DNA of 63,124 nucleotides, filler included, from Octopus bimaculoides (Eukaryota), in NCBI RefSeq assembly GCF_001194135.2. It is 6 parts of 6 records of this genome, joined end to end, with 100 filler letters (N's around TTAATTAATTAA, not from the genome) between each part and the next. Parts side by side here need not be neighbours in the genome. Positions count along the whole stretch, not along the records: positions 1 to 17,506 come from NC_068984.1; positions 17,607 to 44,519 come from NC_068993.1; 4 more parts are not named here. One strand, 5' to 3'. The translations under genes and the position numbers were made by a program. Below the pieces are notes generated by a model. It did no database searches and was not told the origin of the DNA. It worked only from the letters and a program-made list of their open reading frames with translations. This document shows, in pieces, positions 14,624 to 27,267 of this stretch (position 1 is the first letter of the stretch; every line of letters begins with the position of its first letter).

Positions 14624-15000
14624 CTATATANNNNNNNNNNNNNNNNNNNNNNNNNNNNNNNNNNNNNNNNNNNNNNNNNNNNNNNNNNNNNNNNNNNNNN
14701 NNNNNNNNNNNNNNNNNNNNNNNNNNNNNNNNNNNNNNNNNNNNNNNNNNNNNNNNNNNNNNNNNNNNNNNNNNNNNNNNNNNNNNNNNNNNNNNNNNNN
14801 NNNNNNNNNNNNNNNNNNNNNNNNNNNNNNNNNNNNNNNNNNNNNNNNNNNNNNNNNNNNNNNNNNNNNNNNNNNNNNNNNNNNNNNNNNNNNNNNNNNN
14901 NNNNNNNNNNNNNNNNNNNNNNNNNNNNNNNNNNNNNNNNNNNNNNNNNNNNNNNNNNNNNNNNNNNNNNNNNNNNNNNNNNNNNNNNNNNNNNNNATAT

Positions 15001-15276
15001 ATAAGATCTTTGCTCCCAACTAAAAGAAGGAAAACGAAGATGAGGGCAAAAGCAAAAATTCAAGGATGTTTTGAATGCCAATTTTAAGAAATGTAATATG
15101 GACACCGGCAGCTGGGAGAGAAATGCTCACGGTCGAGAACGTTGGAGAAGCATCATCAAAAAGAGACTAGCAAATTTTGAGACGAACAAGAAGAAAAGAA
15201 GAGGCGGAACCACTTGTCCCACTTGTGGCAGGAACTTCCGAGCAAGAATTGGACTCGTCAATCGATCAATAACTAC
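15001..15276 (+). mobile_element. RTE-clade LINE 3' terminal fragment
   Basis: Translates LCSQLKEGKRR*GQKQKFKDVLNANFKKCNMDTGSWERNAHGRERWRSII...CPTCGRNFRARIGL, the characteristic RTE C-terminus with a CxxC knuckle. The 5' side is lost in a gap. Confidence 0.88.
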
Positions 15277-16010
15277 ATAAGAAAAACAAAACAAAAAAAT
15301 ATAAAATTAAAAATTAAAAAATCCAATGATCTCGTGGATAACCGCGATGAACAATGTATATATAAATACAAAAGAATACAAATGGAGTTTGAAATTTGTG
15401 ACAGCTGTTTCGGTAGAATTTTATTGAAGTATTCATGGATAAGTAGACAAAATTTTGGTTGGATTTGTCATCATAAAGTTATTATCTCACCTGATCATAC
15501 TTCTTTAAAACTTTACTTGAAGATGGTGGATTACATGTCTTGATGTAATGTGTAAATTCATCAATAATATTTTACTGAAGCATGCCGTATATGTTAAAGA
15601 ATCCACAATCCCTTATCTTGAACCGATGTAAATGTATATATATACATTGTATGTATATATATATATATATTTGTGCTCTTTTTTATGGCTAGACCAAACT
15701 CAGAATCAGCTCTGAGTCAGATCTACGGCTTAAATTGGATTTGATAAGTACATATCTAAGGTATCTGAACCTTATGTTCTTGTATCTAGCCATTTCTCGA
15801 TCCCTCAATATGTTCATATAGTGATATATGTATTGAATCTTATATATGTATATGTATATATGGGAAGGACACTTTCTAGGTGCAATCTCTTGCTCATTTA
15901 TGACCGCAGAGGTTCGTGAAGGGGATCCTATAACTATATATATGTGTGTGTGTGTGCGTGTGTATGTGTGTATGTATACATATATGTATATATGTATATA
16001 TATATATATA

Positions 16011-16075
<65 letters not shown>

Positions 16076-16391
16076 NNNNNNNNNNNNNNNNNNNNNNNNN
16101 NNNNNNNNNNNNNNNNNNNNNNNNNNNNNNNNNNNNNNNNNNNNNNNNNNNNNNNNNNNNNNNNNNNNNNNNNNNNNNNNNNNNNNNNNNNNNNNNNNNN
16201 NNNNNNNNNNNNNNNNNNNNNNNNNNNNNNNNNNNNNNNNNNNNNNNNNNNNNNNNNNNNNNNNNNNNNNNNNNNNNNNNNNNNNNNNNNNNNNNNNNNN
16301 NNNNNNNNNNNNNNNNNNNNNNNNNNNNNNNNNNNNNNNNNNNNNNNNNNNNNNNNNNNNNNNNNNNNNNNNNNNNNNNNNNNNNNNNNNN

Positions 16392-16551
16392 TTTTTTTCT
16401 CCGTGTTTTTCTCCTTGTCTCCGTATTCTTTCTGTTGAAGAGCGTAGCTCGAAACGTCAAAGACTTTCCGTATTCCCGAGCGTCATACTAATATATACTT
16501 TTGTTATTTACACCACCTGTCCTCGTCTGTTGTTATTATTTGTATATTCTC

Positions 16552-16555
<4 letters not shown>
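16392..16555 (+). mobile_element. Penelope-like terminal-repeat remnant carrying a hammerhead motif
   Basis: Contains a CTG(T)TGA...GAAACGTC ribozyme-like core and sits next to (TA)n. The Penelope assignment is inference from the known association of minimal hammerheads with these elements. Confidence 0.5.
16427..16463 (+). ncRNA. Minimal type I hammerhead ribozyme-like motif (A6U variant)
   Basis: TCTTT-CTGTTGA-A-GAGC-GTA-GCTC-GAAA-CG-TC-AAAGA: 5-bp stem I, 4-bp stem II, ACGT minimal stem III and a GUC triplet. Confidence 0.65.
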
Positions 16556-16601
<46 letters not shown>

Positions 16602-16654
16602 GTGTGTGTGTGTGTATATATGTATGTCTATATATGTGTATATATGTATATATG

Positions 16655-16690
<36 letters not shown>

Positions 16691-17471
16691 CATACATATG
16701 AATGCATATATATTATTTTATTCTATTATTTGTTTACTTGTTTTAGTCATTTGACACTGATCATGCTGGAGCCCCGACTTAAAGGGCTTTTTAGTCGAAC
16801 AAATCGACTCCAGAACTTATTCTTTTTAAGCCTAGTAATTGTTCTATTGGTGTCTTTGGCCGAACCGTTATGTTACGGGGACGTAAACACACCAATATCG
16901 ATTGTCAAGCGATAGTGGGGGTGGGGGTGGATAAACATAAACACAAAGACACACACATACACACACATATAAATATATATACGACGGGCTTCTTTCAGTT
17001 TCCGTCTACCAAATCCACTCACAAGGCTTTGGTGGGCCCGAGGTTATAGTAGAAGACTTGCGCAAGGTGCCACGCAGTGGGAGTGAATCCAGAACCACGT
17101 GGTTGGTAAGCAAGCTTTTTACTACAGAGAGGTTGATAGATAGATAAATATAGGCATAGATATCGAATATACATATATAATTTATTAAAAAGCAGCAAAA
17201 ATATCACAAAGAACGGTTACTCAGAGTTTTACGTTCACGTTCGTCGGACATTTTTGTTTAGAATGGAACAAATAGAAGGTTATAAGCAAACAGATACAAT
17301 TAGTTTAATGAATACTAGTTGTATATGTTTGCTTATAACCTTATTTTTGTTCCATTCTAAACTCTGAGTAATTTTGCTGCTTTTTAATAAAGCATATTAC
17401 TCAACCTCTGGTATTCGAGTACTATTGTTTCCACCTTGTTTTGCATCTATGTGGTTACTCTGGTATATATA

Positions 17472-17506
<35 letters not shown>

Positions 17507-17606
17507 NNNNNNNNNNNNNNNNNNNNNNNNNNNNNNNNNNNNNNNNNNNNTTAATTAATTAANNNNNNNNNNNNNNNNNNNNNNNNNNNNNNNNNNNNNN
17601 NNNNNN
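17507..17606. other. Artificial scaffold spacer 44N+TTAATTAATTAA+44N
   Basis: Exactly 100 bp, with a six-frame stop linker in the centre. Confidence 0.95.
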
Positions 17607-18394
17607 ATATATATATAGATATACAATATATATGTATTAATATACATATGTATGCATCAATGTATAACCGTATATGTAGTATGTATGTATAGACACATAT
17701 CTATGCATATATATATAAATATTTACACATTGGCAAATATCAGTATGTATATATATATATATATATATAAATCTGAGTGTGTGTGTATGTGTCTGTCTGT
17801 GTGTGTATGTGTCTGTGTGTGTGAACATGAGTGTGTCTGTGTCTGTGTGTGTTCGTGTGTGTGCATGTATGTGTGTCTATCTGTTTTCAATTCATTCCAA
17901 TGATGTCACGATCGTTTTTGCTTTTAGACTTTTAAGCGCTTCACATCTGAAAAGGCTGCTTCGTGTTTGTTTTCTTTCATTAATACCTACTGTTAAGTCA
18001 GCTCCGATGTATGTTGATACGCTGGGAATGTAGGGAAAAGCAAAACACACATACACACACAGAGAGACAACCAGAAACACTCACACAAATACACACACAC
18101 ACGCAGAGGCACAATCACACACACACACACCGCGCGCAAACACACGCACAGAAGCACACGCTGAAACACACATACACTTGCACAAATACACAAACTCACA
18201 GACACTATCTCCCAAACAATTTCGCAAATACGTATTTAAGTTCGCATTTATAAGTGTGCGTGTATGTGTGCGCACGTGTGTGTGTATGTGTATCTGTATT
18301 TTGAGGTCATTTGTATGAATTTAGAAAACGACAACTCAACAAAGAAAGGATGTATTTGAAAACAAATATGTAGAAGAGAATTCTTTTATCACAC

Positions 18395-18700
18395 CTATTC
18401 ACTGAATCCACCGTTAGCATCGATGCCAGCTTCTTCAATGTGGAGTGGGAAGCGTTGACAGGCCCTAATCAAATGATGTTTATAAATTTTGACAACAGTG
18501 CTGGTTATGGCGGACTTCATAGCTTTTATGGTGTTATGGGGCTCTTGATTGACCTCTCTCTCGACTACGCCACATAAGTCACAGTCCAATGGATTGAGGT
18601 TTTGTGAGCTAGGATGAGGACTGGTACGAATTCACGCTTCAGTAATCTTAGCCATAAGAGACGGCGCAGATTCTTGTCTGAAGACTTATCGATATTCCTT
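18395..18700 (-). mobile_element. Tc1/mariner transposase C-terminal remnant (decayed)
   Basis: Minus frames give VFRQESAPSLMAKIT and PSSQNLNPLDCDLCGVVEREVNQEPHNT...LIRACQRF...IDANGGFSE. These match the FQQDxAPxH / PxSPDLNPLD / C-terminal GG pattern of DDD/E transposases. Confidence 0.85.
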
Positions 18701-19231
18701 CCTAAGCGAGAAGATGGAATGAACAGGTTTTAATATCTTTAGCAATTTAAAAAAACAGCATTGTGGTGTGGGTATAAAACAAAAAAAAAAAACCTTAAGA
18801 TAATCTTGCAGTGCCCTGGTCTCTATTTAGACTTGCATGCATACAGCTATTGTTGAATCATATTAATGAAATAATGAATATAATAGACGTAACTTTCAGC
18901 ATTTGCCGTCTGATACTAATCTGTCGAAACAATTATCGCGATTTGTAATATATCCTGTTAATCCCTCCTTCTCGTATTAAAATNNNNNNNNNNNNNNNNN
19001 NNNNNNNNNNNNNNNNNNNNNNNNNNNNNNNNNNNNNNNNNNNNNNNNNNNNNNNNNNNNNNNNNNNNNNNNNNNNNNNNNNNNNNNNNNNNNNNNNNNN
19101 NNNNNNNNNNNNNNNNNNNNNNNNNNNNNNNNNNNNNNNNNNNNNNNNNNNNNNNNNNNNNNNNNNNNNNNNNNNNNNNNNNNNNNNNNNNNNNNNNNNN
19201 NNNNNNTATATATATATATATATATATATAT

Positions 19232-20340
19232 CGTCGACTCCAGCTCGTTTCCGAGCACTGGGTACGTCAGTTTCCATCCAGTCACCTCGGCTGATATTTG
19301 GAGTCCAAGTCGGCGTGGGAAATCAAAGAGTCGTGGGCAGAACTCGCACAGGATGGTCGGGGCAGGTCGAAGATGTTGAAGACGTTCCTTTCTTCTCCTG
19401 CGTTTTGCCTCCTCATTCTGTTACCTGTTCTGCTCGAAGGAGCTGGCTCCATTGCGGATATGGCAATCTGTTCCCTTGGGGATGGCTGGATGTTAGCCTG
19501 AGATAAGGTCCGTTTGAGCTGTCTTTAAAACGGAATTTCGGACCTCTTCTGGGTCTCGTTCCGATTGCAAGTTCTCCGTAGAGTATGATCCTTGGGAAAC
19601 GAGACGGCTCCGTACGCTGGACGTGAGCTGTTCAGCGGAGACGATGGCGAAGAATGGTGACTTATAAACTAGGTAGTGAGGCACGACGAAAAACCTCGTT
19701 GTTAACGTGATTTTCCCATTGTATGTTGAAGATCTGTCGTAGCATCGATTGCTGGAAGCATCCAAGGCGCTTTGAGTCACGGTGGTACAACGTCCAAGTC
19801 TCACATGCGTAGAGTAGAGTTTACATGACAATGGCACGGAAGACAATGATCTTGGCCCGGATTTCCAGTGCGTGATTGAAGAATACACGTAGGCTGAGCC
19901 TGCCGAAGGCGGAATAAACCTCCCCGTTCCGGTTTTCAACGTCCTTTTCACTCGTGGTGGTGGTGGTGGGGGTCTTCGAAAGGATACTTCCAAGGTATGT
20001 GAAGTGTCCAACTTCTAGGGTTTGGTCGTTGATGCTAATATTTCTGGGTGGACTGTTCGGGCCTGGTGCAGGTTGGATCAGTGATTTGGTCTTTAATGTG
20101 TTTACTTGCATTCCGAAACTTTCGTAAGCCACATTGTAAAGATCGGCCGTCCTTTGTAGGCCATTTGCGGTCCGGCTCGGAGTGGTATTGTCGTCGGCAT
20201 ACTGAATCTCACAGACTGAGATGGCGGTGTTCCTCGTCTTTGCACGGAGAAGAGCGAGATTGAAGAGTCTGCCATCCAAGCAATAGCGCATGTCGATGGA
20301 AGGCGAGTCTAGTGGTATTTCGTTGAAGTACATCTTTATA
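19232..20340 (-). mobile_element. 5'-truncated RTE-clade LINE (RT C-terminal half, tail, CxxC end), frameshifted
   Basis: ORF 19821-20333 reads RYCLDGRLFNL...EIQYADD (YADD at 20190-20201)...FGMQVNTLKTK...FTYLGSIL...AFGRL. Downstream frames give LLYACETWTLY, ILYGEL and ILCEFCPRLF, all typical of RTE/BovB-like ORFs. Confidence 0.93.
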
Positions 20341-21174
20341 TCTTCATGTCAGGAATGATGAGACTCGAACTCTCCATAACTTCAACATCTTTGTCAATAT
20401 TTAAATGATGAATTGAATTAAAAGTTCCCAGAGATGGATAAACGTTAAGACGTTGGTTAAATAGGTTCTCTTTACACAGACTATTATCATAGGATGGATT
20501 AGGATTTAGGTGACCATTAATGTGGTTTTCAAGGAAAAAAATATGGTTGCATCTCAGTACCAGCCCTTGTCCACTAGATTATCATCTACCTGTAGCATAG
20601 AAGTAAACTTATGTCTGTCTTCGAAACTGATCTTTATGCAAGAATAGGAATTATGTTGGAAACGCTGGAAAGTGATACAGAAATTATATTACGGCAAAAA
20701 TACACACTCCGTCATTTGGTTAAAGAAACAGAATCAGACAATTACATATATCGTATGACTACAATGAATTGCTCATTATATATTTCTAAATTGAAATAAT
20801 AAACATTACATCTATACATTTACATACACTTAATTAGATAGACAATCCCATTTACAAATTGCTCACAGAAGATATAAGTAATTAATTACATGTACGCATT
20901 TAGCACTTCACCAATACAGTTGCATGTGCGCAATTAGCGACATAATTACACGTTTACAAATACACAATATACCACATAATGGCTTATATCATATGATTGT
21001 ATACGAAATGATTTCATAAACCTCTTTAGTATTTATGCGCAACATACAATAGCTCGGAGACTCAACATACAAGCGCAAATTATTAAGAAAAGCAGCTAAA
21101 TAAACTTATAGATCACACCCAGCCTTTGATTTTAGAAAAAGCAATATTTTTAGTAATACGACACTGGGGATACA

Positions 21175-21558
21175 TGTGGAGGCGCAATGGCCCAGTGGTT
21201 AGGGCAGCGGACTCACGTTCATAAAATCGAGGTTTCGATTCCCAGACCGGGCGTTGTGAGTGTTTATTGAGCAAAAACACCCAAAGCTCCTCGAGGCTCC
21301 GGCAGGGGATGGTGGCGAACCCTGCTGTACTCTTTCACCACAACTTTCTCTCACTCTTACTTCCTCTTTCTGTTGTGCCTGTAATTCAAAGGGTCAGCCT
21401 TGACACACACTGTGTCACGCTGAATATCCCCGAGAACTACGTTAAGGGTACACGTGTCTGTGGAGTGCTCAGCCACTTGCACGTTAATTTCACGAGCAGG
21501 CTGTTCCGTTGATAGGATCAACTGGAACCCTCGACGTCGTAAGCGATGGAGTGCCACA
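21175..21558 (+). mobile_element. tRNA-derived SINE (family A), full length
   Basis: Box A TGGCCCAGTGG and box B GGTTTCGATTCC. 12-bp TSD ACTGGGGATACA (21163-74, 21559-70). Two further copies lie in the window. Confidence 0.92.
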
Positions 21559-21922
21559 ACTGGGGATACAGTAGCGATACTAAATGATAGGTTGGTCGTG
21601 GTTGGAAATCGATTGTTAGGCAGATAGTGATAGTTATAGATATGTTGTAGATAGATTGATAGATAGATAGATAGATAACAGACGAATTCATTCATGTTTG
21701 CGTTTATCTATTTCACAATCAAATCACCAATTAGAGCTATGTTAAAATACATTTGCTTTAGATGCAGCTCAGTATAGAGTCGAACCTAAACCTCATAACA
21801 GAGTGTGGAATTCCATACCACAGAAGCACGGATATCGCTTCACGTCATTGTTCATATGAAACATGATGAAAATCGCATTTCCAAAACTTACGATAGATAC
21901 AAGTGAATATTAAGAGCTTGTA

Positions 21923-22360
21923 AAGCGGCGAGCTGGCAGAAACGTTAGCTCGCCGTGCGAAATGCTAAGCTGTATTTCGTCTGCCTTTACGTTCTGAGTA
22001 CAAACTCCACCGAGGTCGACTTTGCCTTTCATCCTTTCGGGGTCGACAAGATTAAGTACCAGTTACGCACTGCAGTCGATGTAATCGACTTAATCCCTTT
22101 GTCTGTCTTTGTTTGTCCCCTCTATGTTTAGCCCTTTGTGGACAATAAACAAATAAGAAACGTTAGCACATCGGGCAAAATACTTAGCGGTATTTGGTCT
22201 GCCTTTACTTTCTGAGTTCAAATTCCGCCGAGGTCGACTTTGCCTTTCATCCTTTCGGGGTCGACAAGATTAAGTACTAGTTCCGCACTGAGTTCGATCT
22301 AGTCGACTGGTCATCTCCCCAAAAACTTCGGGCCTTGTGCTTAGAGTAGAAAAGAATATT
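21923..22360 (+). mobile_element. SINE-like family B, dimeric form
   Basis: Two tandem arms, each containing GAGGTCGACTTTGCCTTTCATCCTTTCGGGGTCGA. The same core recurs at many positions in the window. Confidence 0.85.
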
Positions 22361-25022
22361 AGAGCTTGTACTAATTTTCAAAATCAAGAATAAACCTCAC
22401 ATATTTTTTCTAGTTTCCGATTTACAAATATCGTGTGTGGTGGGGCATATTACATGATCAGAAAACACAAGTATTTTAATATAGGGTCTTGTTAAACTTC
22501 TAATTACTTGAATTATTTCAAATTTTCATCATATTATTTTCAAGAAAATATAGTTTTGATACAGATTTGAATAATGATGACGAAAATCGCATTCTTTTTG
22601 TCTAGAAATTTATAATACATTGTAAACAATGAATAATAACCTGGTAAAAATTTGAAATACTACAACTGGTCTGAATAAATTTAAGCATACCTTTAAAATA
22701 TAACGACAAGGCACGACAGATTTAGTTATTTTTTTGCCATCACTAATATCTCCCTTTATATTTATTTATTTTTTTTGTATTACTTGCGTGTCAATAGATG
22801 TAGAGGACCAATACTAAGCGTACAATGGCCTAAGACTATTAATATTTTCAGTGCCTGACTAAACTCTGTAGTTTTGTGTTTCTATACAACGCGATGTTCA
22901 GATATTTTTTCCTGATTCTGTTTTTACTGTATCAATCTCTGAGTTCATACTCAACTCCCTATCAGCCTGAAGCCTACCATTGTACCATCCTACCATTGTA
23001 CCATCCTACCATCCTACCTACTTACCTAGCTTCCTACGCATTTAGCACACACATATATATGTGTGTGTGTGTGTGTTGTGTAATGCTGTGACTGTTAGAG
23101 ACATATATACATACATGTGAGGATCGCCAAAACCAAATAGCTAAATGCGTATATAAACATACATACATGCGTACATACATACACAACATACATACATATA
23201 TACATATATAAACGTGCGTCGCGCTTGCTTCTCTTTCTATATGTAGGTATCGATAGACATCAACACACAGAGGCTTATATAAGCGTACATCTCACTTATA
23301 TCTCTCCATATCTATGTCCTCCTACCTCTTTCCCTCAACCTATTACTACACTTGGTAATATTTTCTTTCAAAGTTCGAAAGTGACCGTTACTTGCATCCA
23401 AAAACGCATCCAAGAACGCCAAATCTCAGCAAACGTTACGATAATAGCCTCTATTATTAAATTCTAGAAAACGTGAGATGACATTCTCATACAGACAATG
23501 AATCTGCAGTAGTCTATTTTAGCAATTCTCCTCATGACAAAAATATTAACGAAATATGAAATAAAGCTCTCATGTGCCATCGTGTCGTGACAATCATATG
23601 CCACTCTCTCCCATCAACAGCAACACGTACGCAAATACTTGAATAACGCACACACACTTCGATGCATTACAACTCACACGTGTATTCGCACGCATGTCAT
23701 GCTTACGTCATTTTAGCGCGTTTAAATTTTTGCTCCTCTTCTGCTAGGAATTTAAGTTTCTGGAAAGAATTGTAATGACATTTCCGGAGAACATCCTCGA
23801 AATATTTTGAATAATAATGTGCAAGAACGAAGAGTATTATCTCAATTCATTTAATATTTTTTTTACATATATTGCACGTTTCACGATCTCTGTAATAATG
23901 TTGCGTTAAAAGTGCCATACGCAACATAATTCTAAGTGCACATGTACCGGGGTTCTCCTGAAAACTGTTGTCTTGCATCCACTGCAGGAAGGTATTATCA
24001 ATGACCTTTAAACCCCCCTCTCCTTTGATATCTGCAGTCGAATTCTTGGCAGCTCTTCTTGTTTTTTAAGTAGTACAGGTTGTAATTTTAAAAGAAATAT
24101 TTTACAAGTGTCATAGATAGATCGAAAAACAGATGTAGAGGAACATAGGTAAGAAGAAAAAAAAAACAAAGATGACTAGAGTATGCATATGAAAGTGTGT
24201 ATTCGTGAGTCTATGTATACTTACACACACACACTCACGTATGTATACGTATATAAATATATACATACACACATATATGCCTGTCAGTTACTTTGGCAGG
24301 GTAAAATTATGTGAAAGCCCGTCGGCTCCTGAATAGAGAAATGTCATTTCACATGAAAACATCTGGTAACTTTGGTCGGCTGAACACGTATAGTGCATTT
24401 TATGTGTGCGTGTGTGCATGTGTATGTGTGTGTATATGCGTGTGTGTGTGTGTGTGTAGTTGAATGTGATTTGGGTAAAAACCTTCTAAAATGCTCTGCA
24501 AAGCTCGTTCCCTAATATCGGCTACCTGATGTCATCATATGGTAGAAACGCTCATGCTACTCGATATACATATGTAATTTCATAGTATCCGTAGGGTTTA
24601 TTTAAAAGAATTAAACGATAGAAAATTGAGTTACCGACACTTTCTATCTAAAAGTCAATACATCTGTAGTTCAGTATTTTTTCAGTAGGGAAATAGTTAT
24701 AGCTGCCTTTTTTAAACAGTGCATATCGGGGAAACCTCATTGTAGACAACATGATTTTTCAGAATTCATCCATAGATAATGTCTTAGGTCTCATTGTTTC
24801 TAAGCATCTCTTCTGACGAAAAAATATACTCAATATAGTTAGGACTGCACTCACTAGACTTGCTCATACCTTCGAGGCCTTGGCGGCACTCTAAGGTGTT
24901 AAATAATGTATAACAAGCAACACAGCATTGTTCACACAGAGACACACACGCACGCACGCGCACACACACAAATGCACCTGTGCACGCACGGACACATACA
25001 CATATATATACAGACGCATACC

Positions 25023-25320
25023 TTAGACCACATCCAGAGAGAGGCAGGCCACTCGACTGATTAACATTTGGATACTAAAAAGTTCCTGTTTCAATCCCTG
25101 GGGCTTACTATCTTCCCTTGTCTCTTATACTACTTCTGCAAAGGACTCTGCTCATCAGAACTGTCCAGGCAATCAAGTACACCCGAATCTCTGATTTGTC
25201 TCTCTTCCTACGTCCTTCTTACTCCCCCATGCGACCCCCTTAGCTCCTCAGACTCTACAGTAAACACTGTCTTCTGGCCATCGTTCCTAGACCGTCGACA
25301 CTAAAATATCATCTTTCCTT
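25023..25320 (+). mobile_element. Decayed CR1/L2-like LINE 3' (post-RT tail) fragment
   Basis: LDHIQR..(A)TRLI followed by SL...CLLYYFCKGLCSSELS resembles the LDxxQRRATRLI / LFYRYxxGxCSSEL tail of CR1/L2/Jockey-group elements. It is frameshifted. Confidence 0.7.
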
Positions 25321-25744
25321 GCTCTTCACTTAAACTATTCTGTTGTGTAACATTTAATCGAGAATCGTTCTTTTTAACTTCGTGTAATACAGACTCATAA
25401 TATAATTAATTAAAAGATACACGTGACGCCGATCAACCACCTTGCAAAGATGTCGTCTTGAATTTCGTCTGAATGCTGTTATTTTTGGCATTGAAATAAT
25501 GGACAGGACGTAAAAAGAGACTACTGGTGTAAATGGCATCAACCGACTGAATTCAATTATTATGCAAAACTAATATTGACTATTCTTCCTCTCGTCTTAG
25601 CCATACAACTTCATACGCACACATACAGACATACATGCACACGAATATATAGCGAGATATATGCAAAAAATATATACATATGCATTCATACACAAACGTA
25701 CATTTATATATAAATACATGTAAATATATATATANNNNNNNNNN

Positions 25745-25789
<45 letters not shown>

Positions 25790-26100
25790 CCCGTGTCCTT
25801 TATCTTTGACTTCTATCATTCATTTGTCTGCGGCCATCGACCCCAGGATATTGTTAAAGGTTAGTACCTATTTTGTCAGTTCCAGGGACGTCAACACAAG
25901 AACAGAGATTGACAAGCAGTGATAGGGGACAAACAACGATATAAAATCACATATACATAGATACACACACGCTCACACACTCACTCTCATACACACATAC
26001 ACACACGCACGCACACTCATATATAATTAGAAATATTGCATTTCTATATTGCGAGATATAGAGGAAGGACATGAATGAGAGGAAGAGTGTATATATATAT

Positions 26101-26535
26101 AGGTCGATGTCGACTTACGACCACAGTGTTTCCCACTGACCGGTCGTAAATCGACTTCATAAATCTACATAGCTTTGTCTTATATTTTTGTATTCTTATG
26201 TTACATTCTGAGGCAAAAGTCACACAGCAATTTGTATTATACGATTATACTGGCGTTAGTCAAAAATTTCGGAGTCTCAGGCAGTCGACTTATATACAAA
26301 TACAAGTTTGCTTCGATGTGTTCGCGACATGGTATTCATCCAGGTGTTGGGATATCTACAGTGTTTATCGATACCGAAGCCTAGGCGAAGCGTTTGTTAG
26401 TTAACATCATACGTAAGAAATTAAACCCATTAGATTTCAACTGGAATATTTATTATTGTTGCCGGGAGCTGGCGCACCAATCGTCGTAAAGACGATCGGT
26501 CGTTAATCGAGTATGTCGTATGTCGCCGCCGACCT
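26101..26535. mobile_element. Candidate non-autonomous DNA transposon in a TA-rich microsatellite
   Basis: Imperfect 21-bp TIRs (17/21), subterminal TTACGAC/GTCGTAA repeats and CpG-rich ends. Confidence 0.55.
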
Positions 26536-27222
26536 GTGTATATATATATGTATATATATTATAATTATGCGTGTGTGTATGTGTCGAAGAAAAAAAAGAG
26601 CGACTGAGAGAGAGTACGTATGTGTCTCAACTTCCTTAGCAGTTTGCGTGAGCGCACGCGTGTGTGTTTAGTCCTAATTATACGTCAATTTTTTTATGTA
26701 TGTCTATAAACATTTCTCCGTGGCAGTATTGCTTCCTACTTCAAAGCGCCCTCTTCACGCACGAGAACACAAACCAAACCACTGCGCAACATATTCTCCA
26801 GCTTAACAAAATATACGATATAGACTATTTTCCTTTGACATTCTCTGTACTGTCCCTTTCTTGTACTAATTCTCTCATCCTTTCTACTGCTCTCTCTCTA
26901 TATCTCTCTATATGTCTCCTCCTCTCATTCACGTCCTCCTTCTATAGCTCACTCTCTACAAAAACGGTCTCACACATAAACACATGCGGTATTTTCAACG
27001 CCTCTATCTCTCGTTAGTTTCTCATTGCTCTCATACTCTTCCCGTCACTCTTGCCCTATTTCACTCATCTCTCTCCACGCCGGCATTTTTGCAATTCGTC
27101 ATGTCAGGGGTTATTTAGTACATTCATATATTTTAGTTTGAATGCACTGAAAAACGTCTCGCCGTATAATTTATTTACATGCGAGTATGCATTTTTGATA
27201 TATATATATATATATATATACG

Positions 27223-27267
<45 letters not shown>

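Noticed and set aside
21181-21250. tRNA gene
   Set aside because: It has box A/B but no full cloverleaf, and continues into a TSD-flanked SINE body with other copies.
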